47,935 bases of DNA from positions 1-47,935 of the forward strand of contig CAYJVZ010000001.1 in the NCBI GenBank assembly GCA_964373765.1. The letters are read 5' to 3'. The position numbers were made by a program, and so were the translations under genes. Below are positions 27,070-35,843 of the stretch, piece after piece. This stretch comes from an uncultured Candidatus Saccharibacteria bacterium (lineage in GTDB: Bacteria; Patescibacteriota; Minisyncoccia; Phycocordibacterales; 01-FULL-45-15b). The notes beneath the pieces were generated by a model that made no database searches, was not told where the DNA came from, and was given only the letters and a program-made list of their open reading frames with translations. How positions within the stretch are numbered: the first letter of the stretch is position 1; every line of letters begins with the position of its first letter.

Positions 27070-27090
27070 TTTAAGATATTTAAATTATTT

Positions 27091-27741
27091 TTAAACTTGA
27101 AGAGGTTTTTCAGAATCGCCGGGATTAAAAATTCTGTAAAACAATTCTACGATTTCTTCCGTTCCAAGCCTAACCACTCTAATTCCGCTTCTAGTTAATC
27201 CCTGTTCAACGACGCTCATCCTTTGGGAAAGCTGTGATTTAGCCTCGTCAAATTTATCCACATTGGCTTGAGTGTTTAAAAGGGCGCTTTCCTCATTATT
27301 CTTTTTTCTAAAAAGAGAACTGGCAAAATTTATTTTTTTCTTGTTGACCACGCTTGTGGCGTAGGGCACTATGACAAAAAAGCTTTTTGTCATGATGTTG
27401 GCGTTTTCAGTAAAATTTTTTATGAAATCAATATATTCGCTGGTTTGAAGCTTAAAGAGCTCGCCTTTTTGTTCTTTGTATCGTTGTTCAAGAAGAGCGA
27501 TGTAGGGTCTTATGTCTAATTTGCGCGACTGGATGAATATCTGAATGCTGAAATCAAGGGAGTTCATGAAATTTTGAAATTGGAAAATAATTGATCTTTG
27601 GTTTTCTTCCGACTTTAAGGCGAAATTGAGAGAGGACGTCATTAAAACTCCCCGAATTGAGCCATCTTTCAAAATGATGACCCCGTCGCGGATTTCTTCT
27701 ATCGGTACGAATTCTTGAGATGATTTCGCTTGAGTTGGCAT
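27091..27741 (-). CDS. Hypothetical cytoplasmic protein, T4SS-associated
   Basis: 216 aa, with the start pattern FVPIEEIRDGVIILKDGSIRGVLMTSSLNFALKSEEN. This resembles the N-termini of conjugative ATPases, but there is no P-loop. Confidence 0.55.
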   Translation of the reverse strand: MPTQAKSSQEFVPIEEIRDGVIILKDGSIRGVLMTSSLNFALKSEENQRSIIFQFQNFMNSLDFSIQIFIQSRKLDIRPYIALLEQRYKEQKGELFKLQTSEYIDFIKNFTENANIMTKSFFVIVPYATSVVNKKKINFASSLFRKKNNEESALLNTQANVDKFDEAKSQLSQRMSVVEQGLTRSGIRVVRLGTEEIVELFYRIFNPGDSEKPLQV

Positions 27742-27744
27742 ATT

Positions 27745-28224
27745 TTATGATAAATCCTTCATTAAGGCTTTTTCGTAATCTTCTTTCATTCTTGTTTTTT
27801 TGGACTGGTCTTTGGTTACTGGATTTAAGGCTTCTTTATTAACGTCCAGATTCCAAGTCAAATCTTTTAGCTTGCTGTCGCCTAGTTTAGGGACGCTAAG
27901 AAGAGCTTTGGCCTTGGGCGCCGCGCCTCTTTTTTGGGCTTTTATCTCGTTTTTCTTCCATAAATATAACTTTGCATTTATGAAATATTTTAAAGCGCTT
28001 TCAAGAATTAAAATAAAAGGGCGGTCATTGATTCTGCTAAAAGCCAAAGCGATGGAAAAAACGACAACGGGCAGGATTATAAAGATTGACAGGAAAATAG
28101 GCAATGAGCGATATGCGATAAAACTGATTGCCCCTCCGCCAACTAAATAGACGAATTGTTTTATGGTGAACGGCCCGATTATTTTATCTTCAACATCGGT
28201 AAATTGAGGCACTTGAAAACGCAT
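27745..28224 (-). CDS. PrgI-family (VirB3-like) membrane protein
   Basis: MRFQVPQFTDVEDKIIGPFTIKQFVYLVGG followed by two TM helices. This is the PrgI family pattern, and the gene lies upstream of VirB4. Confidence 0.5.
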   Translation of the reverse strand: MRFQVPQFTDVEDKIIGPFTIKQFVYLVGGGAISFIAYRSLPIFLSIFIILPVVVFSIALAFSRINDRPFILILESALKYFINAKLYLWKKNEIKAQKRGAAPKAKALLSVPKLGDSKLKDLTWNLDVNKEALNPVTKDQSKKTRMKEDYEKALMKDLS

Positions 28225-28346
28225 ATTATAATTATAACGCAGGATAAGCGCGTTACCAACGACTTTTTCAACGCAATTTAGTTTAAAGCGGAAACTCCTC
28301 TAGAATAGGGCTAGTTTAGAGAAGGCGTATTTCGGCCGCAAGCCAA

Positions 28347-29033
28347 TTAAACAGTCGGCTCCCTGTAAGGATCAACGGAGTATCCTCTGTTTTGGTTTTT
28401 GATCAGCGGTTTTTCAATGGGCGGTATTTCTTTTTTTATTTCCTCTTTAGGAATGGATACAACGGCATTTAGCTTTTGTTCAACGATGCTTAATTTGGAT
28501 TCTGCCGGCAGATTATCAGCTTTCAGCGAAAGAGCGCCAAAGCTCTTGCCCTGATTAGCCGCTACAGAAATGTTTGAAGTGGGCGAATCTTTTTCGGCTC
28601 TCGAAACCTGCGCGTTTATCTGATTTCCGCTTTTTATATTATTGCCGTATGGGCCTGTAAAACCTTCTGGTTTAAGCGGAGCTCGGCTTTCAGTTTTCTC
28701 TTCTTTACTTTCTTGAGCGATAGTTAAGCCTATCAATGAATTTCTTATAGGCTGAAAAATTTGCTCATTTATCTCAAGCGCCACCGCTTCTGTCATTTCT
28801 TTTGAAAGTCCCGCATTGGAGCTTAAATTTCTCATAAAATCCTTAGAATCCTGAAGGCCGAGCATAATAAGCATCACTTCCGTTTCTATATCTGCGATGC
28901 TGTCTAAATGAATGTTGTGTTTTCTGGCAATCTCGGCAATTTTTCTCGGCACTTCAGGCGAAGCCACCGAACGCCTTATATCTTCAGGCAGGGCCTTCAG
29001 TTTTTGTTCTATTAAATTTGCTATATTTGGCAT
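28347..29033 (-). CDS. Hypothetical protein
   Basis: 228 aa with no TM segment. It lies 20 nt downstream of the VirB6-like gene. Confidence 0.5.
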   Translation of the reverse strand: MPNIANLIEQKLKALPEDIRRSVASPEVPRKIAEIARKHNIHLDSIADIETEVMLIMLGLQDSKDFMRNLSSNAGLSKEMTEAVALEINEQIFQPIRNSLIGLTIAQESKEEKTESRAPLKPEGFTGPYGNNIKSGNQINAQVSRAEKDSPTSNISVAANQGKSFGALSLKADNLPAESKLSIVEQKLNAVVSIPKEEIKKEIPPIEKPLIKNQNRGYSVDPYREPTV

Positions 29034-29053
29034 TGAATTTAAATTTCTTTACA

Positions 29054-31369
29054 TTAACTTGTTTCACTTGCGGGTGGTTCTTCAGCCGTTCCTTCATCTT
29101 CGGCAATGTCTCTTGCCAATTTCTTTATCCTGTCTTCAACGCTTTCATCGCCACTCGCCTTTTTTTTGCCTTTTACTTTTTTATTCATTCTCCTTATCTC
29201 CTCGGCTATTTGTTGGTTTTCACTTTTTGACCACGCTCCGGCAATGCCCCTTTGGGCAATATTTCTTCCCTCCAAATTAGAAGCGTAATCAGTCTTGTCT
29301 TTCTCCGATTTTGAAAGGGCTTCGTCTGCCCTCTGAAGCTCGTCTTGGGCATTTGATATATCTCCCACAATGTTTCCCATTGTTGTTCCAACAGCATTTG
29401 CCAATCTGTTTCTCTCGTCAGTAATTAAAGTATTTCGTCTATTTTCAAAGTTTGCCAGCTTTTCTTCCAAATCCATTACTTCAGAATCAATTTCAGCCGA
29501 TTCCGTATCAGTTGGCGCTCTAGCTCTTCTTAGTTTTGCTTCATCAATTAATTTTTGGGTGTCATCAATATTTACCTTTAGATAGTCATAGTCTCTGTTT
29601 CTGTCAACATTTTCTTCCGCCTGATCATTTATCGCTTTCTCTCTTTCTTTAGCATTGACCAAAGCTGTATTGGCGTCGGCCTTTCTTCTTTTGCCCTGTT
29701 CTATGTCATCCATATATGTATCAGACACATATTCCTTTTCCGCTTTTAATCTTGCTTCAGCGTCAGCGCTATAGCCGCCTTTTCCTGTTGGTTTGCCCAA
29801 GTTTAGATTTTTGGAGAGATCTTTATTTATTCCCCTTGCGTCAAAACTGGATCCGGCAACTTTGCCCAAACCTTTTGTGGCTAATTTGCCAAGCATAGGA
29901 TTATCTCTCCTTAAATTTTTCATCATCTCGCTGTCTTTTATGGCCGCCGCTCCTCTGCCTATAGTCTGTCTGCCAGCATAACCGGCCGCGCCAAAAGTTA
30001 ATTTGCCTCCCCAATTGACGGCGGCGTCGGCTCCCCAAGCTCCCAATTTCTTTGCGATTACAATAGCGCCAAGAAGAAAAACCATGACGATGACATAATT
30101 AACTACTATTGTCATACTGGTTTGTCCCGTGTTTAGCAAGGACTGAACCAATGTTAAAGGCTGGCCATCCTGCGACGTTTTAGGCACAATAGATCTAAAT
30201 CCATCGCTTTGAAGAATGCGAAAAGCAATCAAAGTAAGGAGCATATAGGCGGGAGCGAATAAAATTTGCTCATTAAATGCTTGCCACCATTTTTTCGTAA
30301 GGCCGCTAAACTGCGGCAAAATAGCCGAGGCGAACATTAATGGAGAAAGGATCATTAAAAATATCAATATGACGAAACGGATAATAAATAATATGGCGGC
30401 CACCAAAAAGACAAATGCGGCCACTTGAATCAGTACAGCTCCCATAATAACAGCTGTAAACATACGTATCGGAACTGAAAGATTATCAGCTGCAACTTGA
30501 GCGGGGTTAAGGTTACGAAGAGGATTTGTCGCATTTGCCTCAATTAAATCTCCATATAGACTAGAAAGACTCAATGCATTCATTATTGTGTTTGAACCGC
30601 CTGTTTTTGAATAATCTTTTTTTTCTATTCGTCCCAAATCCTGTATACCAAGATCCGGCCATTGCTTATAAAAACCAAGGGCGATTATATTGGAGGCGTC
30701 AATTATCGCTTTAGTGAAAAACAAGCTGAAATTTATAAAAATTGCGGCAAGAATCAGATTCATTAATAATTTTTTGGTGTTGACGCTTGTCAGGCCCAAA
30801 ATTGTGCTAATGGCGATATAAAGAAGAATGAATATAAATAGCATATTGGCGAAATCTCTGATAACACCCCAAGCTGAATCAATTACCTTTAACTTATCAA
30901 TAGTATTAGCCATACTGGCGACGGTTATATCCAGCACAATGTTTAAAAGAAACCCAGTAAGCGCCAAAAAGAGAGAGACAAAAGCTAATATAATGTTTCC
31001 AATATACTGAAGAGCAATAGGAATCCAATTTGCCGGATTTAAATACTGCCACCACGATAATGATTTTTCTAGATTCTCATTCAATTTCTTTTCCCTTTCT
31101 TTTTTTTCCCTTTCTTCTCTGGCCACACTAGCCGCCGCTTGCTGTTCGGCGCGCCCGGCTAAGGGCCTTTCGTATAAAGAACTTGATTCATCAATTTTGT
31201 TAAGATTGCCTTTTTCATAAAGAATTTCGTAATTCGGGTTAATTATAGCGTTTGAAGTGTCGCTAGAAGCGAATATGGTATTGGCGTTTAGAGAAAATAA
31301 AATAGAAAATATGAAAATAAAAATAAGTGGTCCGGAGAAATTATTAAAATATTTTTTAAAACTACTCAT
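29054..31369 (-). CDS. Polytopic VirB6/TrbL-like membrane protein with a long charged coiled-coil C-terminal tail
   Basis: Signal peptide, then at least 6 hydrophobic helices between about aa 110 and 470. The final roughly 300 aa are rich in K/E/R/D heptad-like sequence. Confidence 0.5.
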   Translation of the reverse strand: MSSFKKYFNNFSGPLIFIFIFSILFSLNANTIFASSDTSNAIINPNYEILYEKGNLNKIDESSSLYERPLAGRAEQQAAASVAREEREKKEREKKLNENLEKSLSWWQYLNPANWIPIALQYIGNIILAFVSLFLALTGFLLNIVLDITVASMANTIDKLKVIDSAWGVIRDFANMLFIFILLYIAISTILGLTSVNTKKLLMNLILAAIFINFSLFFTKAIIDASNIIALGFYKQWPDLGIQDLGRIEKKDYSKTGGSNTIMNALSLSSLYGDLIEANATNPLRNLNPAQVAADNLSVPIRMFTAVIMGAVLIQVAAFVFLVAAILFIIRFVILIFLMILSPLMFASAILPQFSGLTKKWWQAFNEQILFAPAYMLLTLIAFRILQSDGFRSIVPKTSQDGQPLTLVQSLLNTGQTSMTIVVNYVIVMVFLLGAIVIAKKLGAWGADAAVNWGGKLTFGAAGYAGRQTIGRGAAAIKDSEMMKNLRRDNPMLGKLATKGLGKVAGSSFDARGINKDLSKNLNLGKPTGKGGYSADAEARLKAEKEYVSDTYMDDIEQGKRRKADANTALVNAKEREKAINDQAEENVDRNRDYDYLKVNIDDTQKLIDEAKLRRARAPTDTESAEIDSEVMDLEEKLANFENRRNTLITDERNRLANAVGTTMGNIVGDISNAQDELQRADEALSKSEKDKTDYASNLEGRNIAQRGIAGAWSKSENQQIAEEIRRMNKKVKGKKKASGDESVEDRIKKLARDIAEDEGTAEEPPASETS

Positions 31370-31370
31370 T

Positions 31371-32240
31371 TTATTGTCCCAATCCGCCAGTCATAACTTT
31401 AGTTACCAATAAATTAGCAAGGGCTAAAATAATATCGTCAAATTCACGAGAAAGATTCAGATAATCTAAATCGTTTCCGACCGCTTTGCTTAATTGATCG
31501 TTAATTAAAGTTCCCGGCGTCTTTATTTCCCCTGTTTCAGGGTCGGTAAGGGATCTAAAACCATTTCCCCAGCCAAGTATTTTGTCTTCTAGAGTCGTTC
31601 TTGAGGCTATACGATTATTAAGCGAATTTTGGACTACCATATATGAGCCGAAAAGATTATTCTCGGGATTTTGAGTCATGATAATCCACTCATCCCAGCC
31701 GCCCTGGCTAAAGTCGCCATTTCTAAAATCGTCAAAGCCTGCGATGATGCCGGTAATAGTGCAACGAGCGGGCTGGCTGAAGCGGGCGTGCTGGGAAAGA
31801 AAGCCAAATTGGATTTGAGCCTTAAATGGATCGCATAAAAAACCAAGGGCGCTTCCGTCAATTATTCTTCCAAACTCTTCATCGACTATGTCTGCAAAAA
31901 AACCAGCCGGATCTGTAACAAAGGTCGGTCCGCCTTCAAATCCGCGATTTATCCAATCAACAATAGAGGTAGTCAGCTGATGGACCAGCGTTCTCATCAA
32001 AGTCTTCACTATTTTGTCCAAAATACACTCCTTGATTGAATTGTTGTTTGTGGCTAAAGCCGTTTGGGTGTTAACTGCCGCGTTTTCCGTGTCATAAACC
32101 GGCACAAAAACGCTTTTTGGCACTGGTGGAGCCGCAAAAAATGGGCAAGCCAGAGCGTATGACTTTTCTGGGCGCAAAAACATTATCGGTCCGCCTAGTA
32201 TCAATAATATTAAAAACGCTATTGTTATTTTTTTTAGCAT
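31371..32240 (-). CDS. Secreted hypothetical protein
   Basis: N-terminal TM or signal segment IAFLILLILGGPIMFL, with several Cys residues. It ends 1 nt before the VirB6-like start. Confidence 0.55.
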   Translation of the reverse strand: MLKKITIAFLILLILGGPIMFLRPEKSYALACPFFAAPPVPKSVFVPVYDTENAAVNTQTALATNNNSIKECILDKIVKTLMRTLVHQLTTSIVDWINRGFEGGPTFVTDPAGFFADIVDEEFGRIIDGSALGFLCDPFKAQIQFGFLSQHARFSQPARCTITGIIAGFDDFRNGDFSQGGWDEWIIMTQNPENNLFGSYMVVQNSLNNRIASRTTLEDKILGWGNGFRSLTDPETGEIKTPGTLINDQLSKAVGNDLDYLNLSREFDDIILALANLLVTKVMTGGLGQ

Positions 32241-32281
32241 TATTTTCTCCTTGCGCCTAAGCGCTTTGCCATAATTTTATA

Positions 32282-33268
32282 CTATTGATAAATGTGAAGA
32301 AAGGCATAGCCGAGCGAATTTTGGTCCGGAGCCACCGCCGAATCTTCAAAAAAAATGGAAATGTCGCGCAATGCCAAATTGAACTCCTCCGCGCTGCGAT
32401 TATAGTCGCTTAAGTTGGTAATGGCCGAGTAAGGGTCGCTGTAAATCTCCTTCATATTGTTTATAGTTTGAGCCACTTTCTCCATACTATTAACCAAGTT
32501 TAAGTGCTTGTTTGAGAGGCTTTTGGGCACGGAAACAATAAGCGATCTCTCTATAATTTTTTTATAAACTCTGACAATGGCGTCAATTTTCTTTAATTCG
32601 TCGGGATCATTGTTTAAAATTGATCGCTCAATGATAACTAATTCCTGTTCCGTTTTTTCATAGGAAGGATCAAATAGGATATTGCCCATATTATTGGCGT
32701 AATCTCTAAGGGCTTTTTCGTCGTCTTCAAATATTATTTTTAAATTAGCCAAAGTGTAAGACTTTATGGTCTTTGAAGACGCCAAATTCGCGCTTATCAC
32801 GCTTCTGATTAAAGCCTGCTCCTCTTCTTTGGTAAGCTCTGCCCCGCCTTGCTTTAAGGCTAAATATTTTTCAAAAAGATTTTTGGCGATTTTATCCGTT
32901 GGATTTAGATTTTCCGTTGAATAAGAAGCCAGACTTTCTGATATGGAATTTTGATCGCGGTCAAATTTATCATTCGGGCCCTTTTTGGTTGGATTGCGCC
33001 CGAGCCTAACTTCTTCTCCATCGCTTGTGCCGTCGCCATCGCTATCCGCTTCGTTTGGCTTCGTTCCCCACAAGACTTCCTCCCAATCTTTAAGTCCATC
33101 GTTGTCCAAATCCAATTCAACGATCAAAGAGTCGCCGCTTTCTCTTGACGCTATAAGAGAACTTTGATCATTACCCGCCTCATTTTTATTTATAAAGTTG
33201 TATACGGCGAAAATGAGAAATAAAGCGGCGGCCACTGATAAAATTATAAAGGTTTTTTTTGAAGCCAT
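32282..33268 (-). CDS. Membrane-anchored protein with thrombospondin type-3-like Ca-binding repeats; first gene of the operon
   Basis: TM segment FIILSVAAALFLIFAVYNFI, then DLDNDGLKDWEE and DSDGDGTSDGEE (DxDxDG motifs). Confidence 0.6.
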   Translation of the reverse strand: MASKKTFIILSVAAALFLIFAVYNFINKNEAGNDQSSLIASRESGDSLIVELDLDNDGLKDWEEVLWGTKPNEADSDGDGTSDGEEVRLGRNPTKKGPNDKFDRDQNSISESLASYSTENLNPTDKIAKNLFEKYLALKQGGAELTKEEEQALIRSVISANLASSKTIKSYTLANLKIIFEDDEKALRDYANNMGNILFDPSYEKTEQELVIIERSILNNDPDELKKIDAIVRVYKKIIERSLIVSVPKSLSNKHLNLVNSMEKVAQTINNMKEIYSDPYSAITNLSDYNRSAEEFNLALRDISIFFEDSAVAPDQNSLGYAFLHIYQ

Positions 33269-33354
33269 TTTTATAGTGAAAATTATATCATAGTAATTCT
33301 ATACTTCCTTTAGCTCTACTGCTTGGACACGCCAAAAAAGCCATTTGGACGCGG

Positions 33355-33399
33355 AAAAGAGCCACTTGGACAGGGGCGCGGCGTCCAAGCGGCTCTTTT
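33355..33399. promoter_or_regulatory. GC-rich 17-bp-stem hairpin inside a divergent promoter region
   Basis: aaaagagccacttggac-(11 nt)-gtccaagcggctctttt, with one mismatch. It is flanked by an A-run and a T-run, and further TTGGAC copies lie upstream. Confidence 0.5.
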
Positions 33400-33470
33400 A
33401 AGAGTTGCCATTGAGTTACCGGCTGGGACTTGAATGACTTTAGAATGCGTCATATGTTACAATATCAGCA

Positions 33471-34601
33471 ATGAAAAATCTTACTCTATATTTATTTGGT
33501 TTTTTGGTAATTGTTTTTTTTAGTTTTCAAATATTTCCCCTTATAGTTCTTGCCCGCTATGTCGAGCCACTCGGCTTTAGCGGTTTTAATCAAAATCTTA
33601 AGCAGGGCGACAGGAATTCGAACGTTCTGGTCTTACAAAGATTTCTAAACACTGATCCAGACACGATTGTTTCCAACTCTGGATTTGGATCAGAGGGAAA
33701 CGAAACAGATTATTTCGGGCCATTGACCAAAGATGCCGTTATCCGATTTCAAAATAAATACGCTGATGAAATTTTAAGGCCGATTGACCTTGATTACGGA
33801 ACCGGATTTGTCGGCTTAAAAACAAGAGCTTGGTTGAATTCTTTGCGGCCGACCCAACTTTCTTTATCGGAAAGCGCTAATTCAAGCAGTGGCAATATTG
33901 TAAAAACCAGCGCCGAAACAAGCCAAACTCAAATGAGAACTGAAGAGCAGAGAAAACTGCAGGATCGATTAATACCTCAAGTAGCCGATGTAAGTGAATT
34001 GCTTATAAAAAATGTGTACCAAGAAAATGACCCTGCGGTTAGACTGATATTTCTATCCAGCCATTCGGGCAGCTTCGATGAAACAATATCTTTTTACGGC
34101 ACAGGCTTTTTGCCTTCCGGAAACACAATTCATTTTGGCGAAGCCTATATGATCCAAGATATTCAAAGTTCTTCGCCTAACAAAATAATTGTCAATTTGG
34201 ATAAAAGTATACCGCCCGCAAATTACAGCGTTTGGATTTCAAACAAAAACGGACAAAGCGACAAAAATCAATTTTTCGTCATAACCGACGGCTTTTCTTC
34301 TCCACCGGTGATTAAAAATATTCTTCCAGCCGAAGCTACATATAAAACCGAAATGACCATTATCGGAAGCGGCTTTAGCAAAGAAGGCAATGAGGTAAGA
34401 ACCAGTTTTGGCATTATTCCCTCGGTTTCTTCTTTTGACGGACAGACTTTGCGCTTTACTATAGATACGCCGGAGCTGCTGACTTTAAGCCAATTAAAAA
34501 ATAAAGGCAAAAATGTTACTTTTGAAATGCCCGCTTGGGTTTACGTGGTCAATAAAAACGGTATTTCAAAGGAACAGCTTCAATTTAAAATAAAAATATG
34601 A
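33471..34601 (+). CDS. Secreted peptidoglycan-binding-domain protein with IPT/TIG-like repeats
   Basis: N-terminal TM segment. PG_binding_1-like segment LKQGDRNSNVLVLQRFLN...YFGPLTKDAVIRFQNKY. Two beta-sandwich-like repeats (ISFYGTGF.., MTIIGSGF..). Confidence 0.6.
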   Translation: MKNLTLYLFGFLVIVFFSFQIFPLIVLARYVEPLGFSGFNQNLKQGDRNSNVLVLQRFLNTDPDTIVSNSGFGSEGNETDYFGPLTKDAVIRFQNKYADEILRPIDLDYGTGFVGLKTRAWLNSLRPTQLSLSESANSSSGNIVKTSAETSQTQMRTEEQRKLQDRLIPQVADVSELLIKNVYQENDPAVRLIFLSSHSGSFDETISFYGTGFLPSGNTIHFGEAYMIQDIQSSSPNKIIVNLDKSIPPANYSVWISNKNGQSDKNQFFVITDGFSSPPVIKNILPAEATYKTEMTIIGSGFSKEGNEVRTSFGIIPSVSSFDGQTLRFTIDTPELLTLSQLKNKGKNVTFEMPAWVYVVNKNGISKEQLQFKIKI

Positions 34602-34969
34602 TATCTATATTGGATAAAAAAAGAACATGGTTTTATTCTCTAGCGGCCTTGATTATCGCTTTTATACTGATTTTTTCTGCAATGGCCTATAAAAAAATTC
34701 AAGCTCAAACAGGCATTCCTTTCGGGGGCTTTGTAACACATGTTGAGTATTGCTGCAACGGGATATTGCTTCAAGTTGGTCCGCCGGTCGGCGGACTCTA
34801 TTTAGTCGGACCCGGTTCAATCATCTTCCCTTTCTATCAATTTTTCAGAAGCGGTGTTTATGTTTTAGGAAATGCCAGCCCGGGCGGAGCCTGCTCGCTC
34901 ATTTCATCTGAATGCGAAGTTACAATTCCGGCCATTGGCACAGTTTCTATCATGGGCACTTCTCTCTAG
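34598..34969 (+). CDS. Small Cys-containing membrane or secreted protein
   Basis: ATGA overlap with the upstream gene. One TM segment, then a Gly/Pro/Cys-containing 80-aa domain. Confidence 0.5.
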   Translation: MISILDKKRTWFYSLAALIIAFILIFSAMAYKKIQAQTGIPFGGFVTHVEYCCNGILLQVGPPVGGLYLVGPGSIIFPFYQFFRSGVYVLGNASPGGACSLISSECEVTIPAIGTVSIMGTSL

Positions 34970-35754
34970 TTATTTTCTAAAAATAGATATATTTTTCTCC
35001 AGTCAGCAAGAGCCAAATCTTCCGGTCTTGCCTTTTCGTTTATGCCGACTTTATTAAAAAAAATACTTCTATTCTCGCCGACAAGACCGAGATTAGACGC
35101 CAATAATTTTCGCTTGTGGGCGAAGCCTTTTTTTAGTATTGCGAAAAATTTTTTCTCATCAATATTTATGAAGAAATCTTTTGAGATATTTTCCATCAAT
35201 AATATTGCCGAATCCACTTTTGGTTTTGGGATGAAAAAATTTTTGCTGACTTTCTTAACGAATTTAGGAACCGAATAGGCTTTAACCGAAAGTGACAAAA
35301 GGCTTTCTTTTCCGGAATGATTAGCCGTAATTCTCTTAGCTACCTCTTTTTGGAGCATTAATACTGCCACCACGGGTTGAATATCACTCTCTAAGATTTT
35401 TCTTATAAATTTTCCAGTGATATAATAAGGGATATTAGCGATAATCTTGAAAGAGTGATTGGACAATCCTATTTCTCTAAAATCAAGACCCAATACATCA
35501 GCATCGATTATTTCTAATCTTTTTTCAGCGATATATCGGCCAAATTTTTCCCTTAAATTCTCCGCTAGCCTTTTGTCTTTTTCAACCGCCGTAACTACAG
35601 CTCCTTGTTCCAAAAGAACTTTAGTTAAAGACCCTTTTCCCGGCCCAACTTCTAAAACTTTTTGACCATTTTCCAAACTGGCAGCTTTTACTAATTCATT
35701 TAGTATAATTCTGGAATTGAGAAAATTTTGCCCCGAGGTCTTATTTGCTTTCAT
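34966..35754 (-). CDS. rsmA: 16S rRNA (adenine1518/1519-N6)-dimethyltransferase
   Basis: GQNFL, the SAM-binding motif VLEVGPGKGSLT, and NIPYYIT. Confidence 0.9.
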   Translation of the reverse strand: MKANKTSGQNFLNSRIILNELVKAASLENGQKVLEVGPGKGSLTKVLLEQGAVVTAVEKDKRLAENLREKFGRYIAEKRLEIIDADVLGLDFREIGLSNHSFKIIANIPYYITGKFIRKILESDIQPVVAVLMLQKEVAKRITANHSGKESLLSLSVKAYSVPKFVKKVSKNFFIPKPKVDSAILLMENISKDFFINIDEKKFFAILKKGFAHKRKLLASNLGLVGENRSIFFNKVGINEKARPEDLALADWRKIYLFLENN

Positions 35755-35789
35755 AAATACATAAATACCACTACATCCAAATCCCCCCT

Positions 35790-35817
35790 CCCTGCGTCAA
35801 CGTGGCAGGTTGACGCA
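35790..35817. repeat. REP-like hairpin, left copy
   Basis: Stem tgcgtcaac/gttgacgca with a 7-nt loop gtggcag, preceded by ccc. Confidence 0.85.
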
Positions 35818-35843
35818 ATAATAGCCTTATATTAAGCCACCAT

